DNA of 64,000 nt. Origin: a bacterium (lineage in GTDB: Bacteria; Patescibacteriota; Minisyncoccia; UBA6257; 2-01-FULL-56-20). Made by a program: the position numbers and the translations under genes. Positions 46,032-54,786 of the stretch are shown in pieces. The notes under the pieces were generated by a model that did no database searches, was not told the origin of the DNA, and worked only from the letters and a program-made list of their open reading frames with translations. Position 1 is the first letter of the stretch, and the number at the start of each line of letters is the position of its first letter. The stretch is taken from assembly GCA_021780195.1 (NCBI GenBank), contig JAJXZE010000001.1, forward strand, positions 1,603 to 65,602. The letters are read 5' to 3'.

Positions 46032-47234
46032 ATGATCATGAGCAAAACCGTAAAGTTTTTCTGCGCCGGGACGGCTGTTTTGGCGGTGGCGGGGCTATCG
46101 GGAGGAGCGGTCTTTGCCGCGGCGCTTTCCTACACGGCTCCCGCGACGATAACACTCACTTCTCCCGCCGCGACACTGACGGTCGCTTCCGGCTCGGTTG
46201 CTGATACGCTGATCGTGAATGCTGGGAATATCGTGGCCACGCTTTCGTCCGCGACGGGAGGGAGTTTTATCGTATCGTCCGCGAGTGGCAATCTTTCCGC
46301 GACCGCAAGCGGAGGAGGAGGCACGGTGACGACGACGTGCTCGTCCGGCGCGGCCACCTTAACGATTGCGCAGAGTACGGGGAGTGCCTCGTACACCATT
46401 GCGCCCGATAGCGGCACCTGTACGCCCACCGGCTCCTCTTCCTCGTCGACCACGGCGGCGCCCGTTGCCACAGGCGGCGGCACACCGCCGCCGCTCACGA
46501 TGCGGATCAATGACGGCGCCGCAACCACCGCGAACGCGAACGTGATCGTCGCGATCACGGGTCCATCCGCAACGGGACTCCTCCTTTCGGGCACTCCCGA
46601 TTTTGCAAGTACGACCCCCGCTTCTTTCACCTCATCCAACGCGTGGAATCTCTGCGCCGCGGGCGATACGGCCGGCACGAACGTTGCGCCGAGCGGCGCG
46701 GGCGGTGCGGCGTCCGGTTCTGCGGCGTGTGCGCCGGGACTGCGTACGGTCTATGCCCGCGTATATACCTTACCGGGCGTTTTCCAGGCCATCTCGGCGA
46801 GCATCGATTATGAGCCCGCGCCGGCGGCCGCGTCTTCCACGACCTCAACGCCTCCCACGGTGGGTGCTCCTGCATCCAACGCGCTCATCGCGAGGATCGA
46901 GGCACTGAAGGCTCAGCTTGCAGCGCTTGTCGCGCTCGCCGGCGGATCACGGGGTGCCGCGGCGCCTGGCGCGGCAATTGCGCCCGCCTATTTTTTCACC
47001 CGCGACCTTGCGATGTGGATGACGGGAGCAGACGTAAATGAACTGCAGAAGTTTCTTGTGGCGCAGGCGGCCGGTTCCGCCGCCGCGGCGCTTGCGCGGC
47101 ACGGCCTTACGAATAATTTCGGTCCGCTGACCCGCGCCGCGCTTGCGGAGTTCCAGGCAAAGGCAGGCATCAAGCCCGCGCGCGGCTACTTCGGCTCCGT
47201 CACGCGGGCCTGGATCGGCGCGCATCGACAATAA
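46032..47234 (+). CDS. secreted Thr/Ser/Ala-rich protein with C-terminal peptidoglycan-binding domain
   Basis: Signal peptide; low-complexity TSA-rich middle; C-terminal ELQKFLVAQAAG...LTNNFGPLTRAALAEFQAKAGIKPARGYFGSVTRAWI (PG_binding_1-like). Confidence 0.55.
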   Translation: MIMSKTVKFFCAGTAVLAVAGLSGGAVFAAALSYTAPATITLTSPAATLTVASGSVADTLIVNAGNIVATLSSATGGSFIVSSASGNLSATASGGGGTVTTTCSSGAATLTIAQSTGSASYTIAPDSGTCTPTGSSSSSTTAAPVATGGGTPPPLTMRINDGAATTANANVIVAITGPSATGLLLSGTPDFASTTPASFTSSNAWNLCAAGDTAGTNVAPSGAGGAASGSAACAPGLRTVYARVYTLPGVFQAISASIDYEPAPAAASSTTSTPPTVGAPASNALIARIEALKAQLAALVALAGGSRGAAAPGAAIAPAYFFTRDLAMWMTGADVNELQKFLVAQAAGSAAAALARHGLTNNFGPLTRAALAEFQAKAGIKPARGYFGSVTRAWIGAHRQ

Positions 47235-47235
47235 T

Positions 47236-47838
47236 ATGAAGGAATCACTACGCTTCGAGCGGAAGGATGAGATCGTGCTGGTGGACAGTATAATGTCCGT
47301 CGAGGCCGCGCGTGCGCAGAATCCGCATCTTCCGTGCCCGGAAAAGATATTGGAACAGCAGGAGGTGCTTTTTGAGCGCTATCTCACGCCCGACGGGAAA
47401 CTGCACGAGGGACAGATCGTCGTCCATCGTGAACTTGCGGAGGACGTAACGCGCCTCTTCGAGCGTATCCGTGCCGAAGGATTTCCCGTTGCTTCCGTAA
47501 TCCCGCTTGCCGACCGAAAATTCAAATGGGACGACGAGCAATCAATGATGCGGAATAATACGTCGGGGTTCAACTACCGCCCGATCGCTGGAACGAACCG
47601 CCTTTCGAGGCATGCGGAGGGAAGGGCCATCGATATCAATCCATGGTGGAATCCGATGGTGAGAACCGTCGTGCCGGGCGAGCGCGTCATCGTGGAACCC
47701 GAGGGCGCGCATTATGATCCGCGTGTGCCGGGGACCATTGTCCGGGGAGATTTCATCACCGAATTTTTGAAACAGCGCGGCTGGAAATGGGGCGGGGAGT
47801 GGACCTCGCTGAAGGACTATCAGCACTTCGAGAAATAG
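47236..47838 (+). CDS. M15-family zinc D-Ala-D-Ala dipeptidase/carboxypeptidase (VanX/DdpX-like)
   Basis: SRHAEGRAIDIN (SxHxxGxAxD) and DYQHFE motifs; about 200 aa, no signal peptide. Confidence 0.7.
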   Translation: MKESLRFERKDEIVLVDSIMSVEAARAQNPHLPCPEKILEQQEVLFERYLTPDGKLHEGQIVVHRELAEDVTRLFERIRAEGFPVASVIPLADRKFKWDDEQSMMRNNTSGFNYRPIAGTNRLSRHAEGRAIDINPWWNPMVRTVVPGERVIVEPEGAHYDPRVPGTIVRGDFITEFLKQRGWKWGGEWTSLKDYQHFEK

Positions 47839-47844
47839 GAGTGG

Positions 47845-47927
47845 TGCCCAGGGCGGGAGTCGAACCCGCACGACCTTGCGATCAAAGGATTTTGAGTCCT
47901 TCGTGTCTGCCATTCCACCACCTGGGC
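47845..47927 (-). tRNA. tRNA-Leu (anticodon CAA), class II; CCA encoded (47842..47844)
   Basis: Reverse complement: GCCCAGG TG GTG..CAC G AAGGA-CTCAAAA-TCCTT, long variable arm, GCGGG-TTCGACT-CCCGC, CCTGGGC, A, CCA. Confidence 0.85.
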
Positions 47928-47983
47928 TTTAGGGTGCTCGACACGATTGATAATAGTGATTTATAAAGGTAAAATCAAGGCAT

Positions 47984-48802
47984 ATGGCGCGCGTGATCGC
48001 GATCTGCAACCAGAAGGGAGGCGTCGGAAAGACCACGACGGCGGTGAATTTGGGCGCGTATCTTGCGGCCGCGGGAAGGCGCGTTTTGCTCGTCGATTTT
48101 GATCCGCAGGCGAACGCGAGTTCCGCTCTGGGGCACGACATGAAGAGCGAGTGGAGCGTCTATCACGGGATTTTGGGGCCCGTGCCGCACGAAAAACTGA
48201 TCAAGCCGACGCTCATCTTCAATTTTCATTACGTCCCCGCGGCGCCCCACCTCGCGGGCGCGCTCGTCGAGCTCGTGGATGCCCCCGAGCGTGAATATTT
48301 TCTTCGCACGTTTGTGAACCGCCTCCGGCACGAGTACGATTACATTCTGATTGACCTTCCTCCGAGCCTGAGCTTGCTCGCGGTGAACGGGCTCGTGGCG
48401 GCGGACGAGGTGCTGATCCCCGTGCAGGCGGAGTATTACAGCTTGGAGGGCCTCGGCCAGCTTCTTGAAACCGTGGACCTCATCCGCACGAACCTGAACC
48501 ACCCGATCGCCGTGACAGGAGCCCTGATCACGATGTACGACCGGCGCGAACACCTGAGCCGCGAGATCTCGCGCAACCTCCGGCGGCATTTCCCGCACCA
48601 CGTGTTCATGGTGGAGGTTCCCCGCGCCGTCGCGCTCGCGGAAGCGCCGAGTTTTTCGAAGCCGATCATCCTGTACCGTCCCGATTCCGCCGGCGCCGCG
48701 GCGTACCGCCGGCTTGCCGCGGAGATCATCACGCAGGAGAAAGAGATGCATCCCGAGGCCCCCGCCGTGGCGAGCGAGAATTTCGGGAACTTCAATATTT
48801 AA
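47984..48802 (+). CDS. parA: chromosome partitioning ATPase ParA/Soj
   Basis: MARVIAICNQKGGVGKTTTAVNLGAYLA (deviant Walker A). Confidence 0.9.
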   Translation: MARVIAICNQKGGVGKTTTAVNLGAYLAAAGRRVLLVDFDPQANASSALGHDMKSEWSVYHGILGPVPHEKLIKPTLIFNFHYVPAAPHLAGALVELVDAPEREYFLRTFVNRLRHEYDYILIDLPPSLSLLAVNGLVAADEVLIPVQAEYYSLEGLGQLLETVDLIRTNLNHPIAVTGALITMYDRREHLSREISRNLRRHFPHHVFMVEVPRAVALAEAPSFSKPIILYRPDSAGAAAYRRLAAEIITQEKEMHPEAPAVASENFGNFNI

Positions 48803-48819
48803 CGTAGAATATAAGTAAC

Positions 48820-50100
48820 ATGCTCGGCAAAGGACTTGAATCGCTCATACCGCCGAAGAAGAACGGGAATGGCGCGGGGAACGGCGAGGATGCGTCCGTC
48901 GTTGCGCCGGGAGGCGTTCCCGGGGCGGCGTCTTCGGGCGGAGTTCCGGCGGTTCCGGGAGGGATGGGCGCCGGGTGGAGCAGAACCGCGCCCGGGTCCA
49001 TGCCCGGATCCGTATCCGTATCCGCGTCGGGAGCCGTACTCCCGCCCGATCCCGAAGCTTTTCTTCCCGCCGATCCCGCGCCCGCACCCGCGGCTTTGCC
49101 GCCGGAGACGGCCACGCCTCCCGAGTTGTTGCCGCGTGTCGAACCCGAGGAGGAGCGCGAGCCTTTGATCGTCGAAAGATCCACGCCGCGCCAAGAAGTG
49201 CGCGAGGCGCTCCACGCGCGCCCGGAACGGGATGCCGCGGCAACGAATCGGCCGAAGCCCATGCATGCGGATGATGCCGCACAGGACGAACGCGTATTCC
49301 ATATCGAGATCGACAAGGTGGTACCGAATCCGGGCCAGCCGCGCCGTTATTTCGACGAGAACGGCATCCGCGATCTCGCGCACTCGATCCGCGAGTTCGG
49401 TTTCATCCAACCGCTCGTCGTGTCGAAGGTGGACAAAGAGACCCCGGGCGGCGTCGACGTCGAGTACCAGCTGATCGCCGGCGAGCGGAGGCTCATGGCC
49501 GCAAAGCTCCTCGGCCTCCACTCGGTGCCCGCGATCGTGCGGAACGTGAATCTTGAACGCGAGAAACTCGAACTTGCCGTGATCGAGAATATCCAGCGGG
49601 AAGGACTGAGCCCGATCGAGACCGCGCGCGCGTTCCAGCGGTTACAGGAGGAATTCCGCATGACCCAGCGCGAGATCGCGGCGAAGCTCGGCAAGTCGCG
49701 CGAAGTGGTGGCAAACACGGTGCGCCTTCTCGACCTCCCTGATTACGCGGTCGTCGCCGTCGAGAAAGGGGAGTTGTCCGAGAGCAATGCTCGGTTTGTG
49801 CTCGCGATCGAGGATCCCGCCGCGCAGAAGGCGCTCTTCGACGACATCATCCTGCATAAGCTTACGACGCGCGATGTCCGGGAGCGCGTCCAGCGGTCGG
49901 GCGGCGCGCGGCGCGGACGGCCGCCGAAGAGCGAGGAGCATCTTTCGCCGGATCTGAAGGCCGCGGAGGAATCGCTCGCCATGGATCTCGGCACGCCCGT
50001 CGAGATATACCAGGGTGCGAACAAGGGAAGGATCACGATCACGTTTTACTCCAAGGAGGAGTTGGAGAATATCCTGCGGAAATTGCAGGGAGAGAGCTAA
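48820..50100 (+). CDS. parB: chromosome partitioning protein ParB/Spo0J with long Pro/Ala-rich N-terminal extension
   Basis: IEIDKVVPNPGQPRRYFDENGIRDLAHSIREFGFIQPLVV and IAGERRLMAAKLLG ParB boxes; about 140 aa of low-complexity N-terminus. Confidence 0.85.
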   Translation: MLGKGLESLIPPKKNGNGAGNGEDASVVAPGGVPGAASSGGVPAVPGGMGAGWSRTAPGSMPGSVSVSASGAVLPPDPEAFLPADPAPAPAALPPETATPPELLPRVEPEEEREPLIVERSTPRQEVREALHARPERDAAATNRPKPMHADDAAQDERVFHIEIDKVVPNPGQPRRYFDENGIRDLAHSIREFGFIQPLVVSKVDKETPGGVDVEYQLIAGERRLMAAKLLGLHSVPAIVRNVNLEREKLELAVIENIQREGLSPIETARAFQRLQEEFRMTQREIAAKLGKSREVVANTVRLLDLPDYAVVAVEKGELSESNARFVLAIEDPAAQKALFDDIILHKLTTRDVRERVQRSGGARRGRPPKSEEHLSPDLKAAEESLAMDLGTPVEIYQGANKGRITITFYSKEELENILRKLQGES

Positions 50101-51797
50101 GCGAGCCGGTACTTCACCGATTTCACGCCCTTTATCTTTCTCAGCCTGAGTGAAAGCTTGTCGAGTTTCGACCGCGCCGCAACGGATACCTCGATGCGGT
50201 AGAAACGAAAGTGGCCGTCGCCCCCGGCGTCGGTGTGGAAACTCGCGATGCCGATGCCCTGACGGGCGATGGTTCCCGAAATGTTTTCGATGAGACCGAG
50301 ATGCGGGTCGACGCCGATCGTGATCTCCGCGTGCGTCGGCATTTTGGCCACGCGGGAGAACGCGCCCTTGCCGCGGAGCACGGACCGGATGTGGTCGCGC
50401 GCGAGCGAGGTGGCGACGAAGCGGAGCCAGTCCTCGGACGGCTTCTTACCTTTCTGGGTGATGATCTCCACGACGTCGCCCGATTTGAGCCGGCGGTCGA
50501 GCGGCGTGATGGCGCCGTTCACCTTGGCGCCGGAGGCGCTGTCGCCGATCGCCGAGTGGACGTGGTAGGCGAAATCGATGGGAGTGGAGCCGACCGGGAG
50601 GTCGACCACGTCGCCGTGCGGCGTGACCGCGAAGATGCGGTCCTTGAAGAAATCCACCTTCATCGATTCGAGGAATTCCTCCGGGCTCCCGCCGCCGTCC
50701 GTGAAGCGTTCCTGCCACCGTTTGAGTTGCTGGACCCACTCGAGCTCTTTAGCGAGCCGCGGGCCCGAAGGGGCGCGGACGCCTTTGCGGCGTTCTTCGT
50801 AAAGCCAATGTGCCGCGATGCCATGTTCGTCCTCGTCGTGCATGGCCTTGGTGCGGATCTGGAACTCGATCGTCATGGCGTCGGGGCCGATGACCGTGGT
50901 GTGCAGGCTCCGGTAGCCGTTCGGTTTCGGCATCGCGATATAGTCTTTGATGCGCCGCGGCACCGGGGGCCACTCCTCGTGGATCACGCCGAGCGCCGCG
51001 TAACATTCCGCCACGTCCCGCACGATGATGCGCATGGCGACAAGGTCGTAGATGCGGCCGAGATCCATGTCGCGCTTGAGGAGCTTTTTATAGAGGCTCG
51101 CATAGCGCTTGGCGCGGACCTCGATCGCGAGCGGCGCGATGCCGCGCTCCTCGAGGAGCTTCTTCACCCGCGGCTTCATCTTTTCGAGATACTCGCGCCG
51201 CGCTTCATATTGTTCCTTTGCCGCGCCGAGGAGCCACCGGTATTCTTCCGGATGGAGGTAGGGGAAGGCGAGATCTTGCAGTTCGCCTGAGAGGTCGTGC
51301 ATGCCGAGGCGGTAGGCGAGCGGCGCGTAGATCTCGTCGGTCTCGAGCGCCACGCGCTTCTGCTTCGCGGCGGGGAGGGCGTCCAGGGTCTGCATGTTGT
51401 GGAGGCGGTCGGAGAGCTTGATGAGGACCACGCGGAGATCCTCCGAAATGGCGAGCACCATCTTACGCAGGTTTTCCGCTTTGTCCTCGGCGCCGCGGTA
51501 TTTGATGCGCCCGAGCTTCGTCACGCCGTCCACAAGGAAGGCGACCTCTGCGCCGAACTCCTTTTCGATCTTTTCGAGCGGGACTCCCGTGTCCTCTACG
51601 GTGTCGTGGAGAAGCGCCGCCGCGACGGTCGCGTCGTCGAGGTGCCAGTCGTTCAGGGTCTCGGCCGCCGCAAGAGGATGGTTGAAATACGGCTCGCCGC
51701 TTCTGCGCTCCTGGCCTTTGTGCGCCTCGCGCGCGAACGCGAACGCGCGGCCGACGAGGCCCTGGGGTTCCTTCTTCGCGCGCTCCTTTACGGTCAT
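50097..51797 (-). CDS. rel: bifunctional (p)ppGpp synthetase/hydrolase (RelA/SpoT homolog)
   Basis: HD domain (HPLAAAETL...LLHDTVEDT), synthetase domain, TGS and ACT regions; start placed at MTVKERAKK. Confidence 0.85.
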   Translation of the reverse strand: MTVKERAKKEPQGLVGRAFAFAREAHKGQERRSGEPYFNHPLAAAETLNDWHLDDATVAAALLHDTVEDTGVPLEKIEKEFGAEVAFLVDGVTKLGRIKYRGAEDKAENLRKMVLAISEDLRVVLIKLSDRLHNMQTLDALPAAKQKRVALETDEIYAPLAYRLGMHDLSGELQDLAFPYLHPEEYRWLLGAAKEQYEARREYLEKMKPRVKKLLEERGIAPLAIEVRAKRYASLYKKLLKRDMDLGRIYDLVAMRIIVRDVAECYAALGVIHEEWPPVPRRIKDYIAMPKPNGYRSLHTTVIGPDAMTIEFQIRTKAMHDEDEHGIAAHWLYEERRKGVRAPSGPRLAKELEWVQQLKRWQERFTDGGGSPEEFLESMKVDFFKDRIFAVTPHGDVVDLPVGSTPIDFAYHVHSAIGDSASGAKVNGAITPLDRRLKSGDVVEIITQKGKKPSEDWLRFVATSLARDHIRSVLRGKGAFSRVAKMPTHAEITIGVDPHLGLIENISGTIARQGIGIASFHTDAGGDGHFRFYRIEVSVAARSKLDKLSLRLRKIKGVKSVKYRLA

Positions 51798-51877
51798 TGT
51801 TTTATAGTACGCCGGAATCGGCGCGGATGGCAGGGATTGACAAATTAACAATTTTATTGCGGCTTGTGCCTTTTTTT

Positions 51878-51898
51878 GAGGTTTCAAAGTGAAACCTC
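51878..51898. promoter_or_regulatory. perfect 9-3-9 palindrome GAGGTTTCA-aag-TGAAACCTC (parS-like half-sites GTTTCA/TGAAAC with atypical spacing)
   Basis: Read directly in the intergenic region between divergent rel and mazF-like genes, about 1.8 kb from parB. Confidence 0.4.
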
Positions 51899-51959
51899 AA
51901 ACACTTTTCGTCGCGGATATTTAAGGAGATTTTAATCGTCGGTGTGATACGGTGATTGA

Positions 51960-52361
51960 ATGATGCGTGATGATTTGCTCTCCGTGCTTGACTGGTTGCG
52001 GGCCAAGATTATTCTGTGCGGCAAGATACGGCGGCCCTTCTTTAAGGAGGGGGAAGTCTGGTGGTGTAGCATTGGGTTGAATGTGGGAACAGAAATATAT
52101 GGCAAAGGAAAGAGGTTTACGAGACCGGTACTGGTACTCAAAAAATTCAATCACACATCTTTCCTTGCGGTGCCATTGACCACTCAAATCGGGAGGGGGC
52201 CATGGTATGTCCCGGTGCCTATTCATGGCGGAGCGAGCGCGGGCATCCTCAGCCAAGTGAGGGTTTTTGATAGCCATCGTCTTACCAAAAGGATCGGGAG
52301 TCTGACGGAGCTGCAGTTTCGGGAGGCAAGGGGAAGATTTTCCGCCTTCTATTCTTTTTAA
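51960..52361 (+). CDS. MazF/PemK-family endoribonuclease toxin (no cognate antitoxin gene detected)
   Basis: GEVWWCSIGLNVGTEIYGKGKRFTRPVLVL, LAVPLTTQ, SQVRVFDSHRL align with the MazF/PemK core (GDLIWVDF..RPAVVL, VPCTTQ, DQVKSI); lower GC than the flanks; followed by a terminator hairpin. Confidence 0.7.
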   Translation: MMRDDLLSVLDWLRAKIILCGKIRRPFFKEGEVWWCSIGLNVGTEIYGKGKRFTRPVLVLKKFNHTSFLAVPLTTQIGRGPWYVPVPIHGGASAGILSQVRVFDSHRLTKRIGSLTELQFREARGRFSAFYSF

Positions 52362-52495
52362 AATAGTCACCCCGCTCTTTTGGAGCGGGGTTCGGTGGGT
52401 AATCCCAATAATTTCTTTAATGGTAGCAGTTCGGACGCACGCCGTCAAACTTCTTTTTAGAAAGATTTAATCTGCGGGGCGGTACCGGAAAAACA

Positions 52496-54772
52496 CTACT
52501 CCCGTTTTCGCGCCGCCGTTTTCGGTTTCGCCTTCGGCGGATTTTCTTTCCAGTGGACGAATGCGGCGTCGAGTTCCTCCTGCGTCTCCGGTTTTTTGTT
52601 CATTACGAACGTGCAGTCGGGATAGCGGGTGCAGGCGTAGAACGGCTTACCGCGCCCGCGGGATTTCTTGAGCACGATGTCGCCCGGCTTTTCGCTTCGG
52701 TCGGGAGAGGCGAGGCACGCGGGGCACTTGAAGCCGGTCTTGTCCCATATTTTCGAAACACCTTTGCAGGCCGGATAGTCCGTACAGCCGAGGAAGAAGC
52801 CGAAGCGCCCGCGCCGCACCTTCATCGGTTTTCCGCAGAGGGGACAGCGCTCGTCCTTCGTTTTCTCCTCGAGCGCCCTGATCTCGGCCGCTTCTTCCGG
52901 CATGGGGAGCGTGACTTTCACGCCGGGTTCCGGACAGGCAAGGAATTTTCCCATGCGACCGAACTTGATGATCATCGGCTTCCCGCAGTGGGGGCACGGG
53001 GTCGTCGAAACCTCCACCTGTTTTCCCACGGTCGTCTCCTTTTCATCGAGGTTTTTCTTGAAGGGGACGTAGAACTCGCGGGTCACGTCGGTCCATTTCA
53101 TAGTGCCTTCGGCGATCTCATCGAATTCTTCTTCGATGTGCGAGGTGAATTTGACGTCGACAATCTCGGGGAAGTTTTCGACCAGGAGGTCGTTTACGAG
53201 GATGCCGATCTCCGTCGGGCGGTATTTTTTCTCGATCTTTTCCACGTAGCCGCGGTCCTGGATCGTGGTGAGGGTCGGCGCGTACGTCGACGGACGGCCG
53301 ATGCCGTCGGCCTCGAGCGCTTTGACGAGCGTGGCGTCCGTATAGCGCGCGGGCGGCTCCGTGAAGTGTTGGACGGGCGCGAGCTCGCGGAGCGCGAGCT
53401 CGGCGCCGGTTTCGAGCTTCGGCAGCTGGCCCTCGATCTCCCCGTTCGCGTCGTCGTCCTTTCCCTCGGTGTACGCACGGATGAATCCGTCGAACTTCAC
53501 CGTCTGGCCGTTCGCGCGGAAGATCTCGCCGCGCGGCGTCTCTGCCGCGATGTCTACCGCCGTCTGCTCAAGGACCGCTTCTTTCATCTGTGAGGCAATG
53601 GTGCGCTTCCATACGAGATCGTAAAGCCGCGCCTCGTTGCGCTCTTTTCCCGGGTAATGGACGAGGCCGACGTTCGTCGGGCGGATCGCTTCGTGCGCTT
53701 CCTGCGCGCCCTTGCTTCTGGTCGCGTACCGGCGCGGCGCATCGAGCGCGTATTCCTTTCCGAACTCGGCGCTGATCACGCCGCGGGCGGCTTGGAGCGC
53801 CGCTTCCGCGAGAGTTACGCTGTCGGTTCGCATGTAGGTGATGTAGCCGTTCTCGTATAGCTTTTGCGCGATCATCATGGTCTGTTTCGCGGAGAAGCCG
53901 AGCTTCCGCGCCGCCTCCTGCTGGAGCGTCGAGGTGGTGAAGGGCGGCGAGGGATTGCGGCGCACCTCCTTCACCGCGATGTCCGCCACCCGGTAACGCG
54001 CGCCGCGGAGGCCTTCCACGATCCCGTTCGCCTGCGCGGCGTCTTTCACGCCCATCTTGCCGAGCGCTTTTCCTCCGATCGACTGGAGGGTAGCGGGGAA
54101 CGGCGCGCCGCCTTTGCCGTTCTTCGCCGTGCCGCCAGTGCCGGCGTCGCCGTCCATTCCCGCGAAGGACGCTTCAATCGACCAGTATTCCTCTTTATTG
54201 AACACCTCGATAAGGCGCTCGCGTTCGACGACGAGGCGCACGGCGACGCTTTGCACGCGTCCGGCGGAGAGGCCGTAGCGGATCTTTCTCCAGAGGAATG
54301 GGGAGAGTCCGTAGCCCACGAGGCGGTCGAGAATACGGCGCGCCTGCTGGGCGTCGACGAGGTTGAGGTCGATCGTCCGCGGTTTTTCGAGCGCGGCAAG
54401 AATTGCGTCCTTCGTGATCTCGTGGAACGCGATCCGTTCGTAGGGCTTCGCCGCGCCGCCCTTCTTCTTCGGCGCATCGAGCTCAAGCGCGGCGACGAGG
54501 TGCCACGCGATCGCTTCTCCTTCGCGGTCTTCATCAGTGGCGAGAATGACGCGGCCGGCCTTCTTTGCGAGCGAACGGAGCCGGTCGACGACCGGCTGGG
54601 CCTTCTTCGGAATGATGTAGTGCGGCGCGAAGCCGGCGTCGACGTCGATGCCGAGCTTGCTCTTCGGAAGGTCGCGGATGTGGCCGTACGACGACTCGAC
54701 GACAAAATCCTTGCCGACGAATCTGCCGATGGTTTTCGCTTTGGTGGGTGATTCAACGATGACGAGATCCAT
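52496..54772 (-). CDS. topA: DNA topoisomerase I
   Basis: MDLVIVESPTKAKTIGRFVGKDFVVESSYGHIRDLP TOPRIM N-terminus; C-terminal Zn ribbons (CPHCGKPM..., CPLCGKPM..., CPAC...). Confidence 0.9.
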   Translation of the reverse strand: MDLVIVESPTKAKTIGRFVGKDFVVESSYGHIRDLPKSKLGIDVDAGFAPHYIIPKKAQPVVDRLRSLAKKAGRVILATDEDREGEAIAWHLVAALELDAPKKKGGAAKPYERIAFHEITKDAILAALEKPRTIDLNLVDAQQARRILDRLVGYGLSPFLWRKIRYGLSAGRVQSVAVRLVVERERLIEVFNKEEYWSIEASFAGMDGDAGTGGTAKNGKGGAPFPATLQSIGGKALGKMGVKDAAQANGIVEGLRGARYRVADIAVKEVRRNPSPPFTTSTLQQEAARKLGFSAKQTMMIAQKLYENGYITYMRTDSVTLAEAALQAARGVISAEFGKEYALDAPRRYATRSKGAQEAHEAIRPTNVGLVHYPGKERNEARLYDLVWKRTIASQMKEAVLEQTAVDIAAETPRGEIFRANGQTVKFDGFIRAYTEGKDDDANGEIEGQLPKLETGAELALRELAPVQHFTEPPARYTDATLVKALEADGIGRPSTYAPTLTTIQDRGYVEKIEKKYRPTEIGILVNDLLVENFPEIVDVKFTSHIEEEFDEIAEGTMKWTDVTREFYVPFKKNLDEKETTVGKQVEVSTTPCPHCGKPMIIKFGRMGKFLACPEPGVKVTLPMPEEAAEIRALEEKTKDERCPLCGKPMKVRRGRFGFFLGCTDYPACKGVSKIWDKTGFKCPACLASPDRSEKPGDIVLKKSRGRGKPFYACTRYPDCTFVMNKKPETQEELDAAFVHWKENPPKAKPKTAARKRE

Positions 54773-54786
54773 ATGAAATGTGGTTC

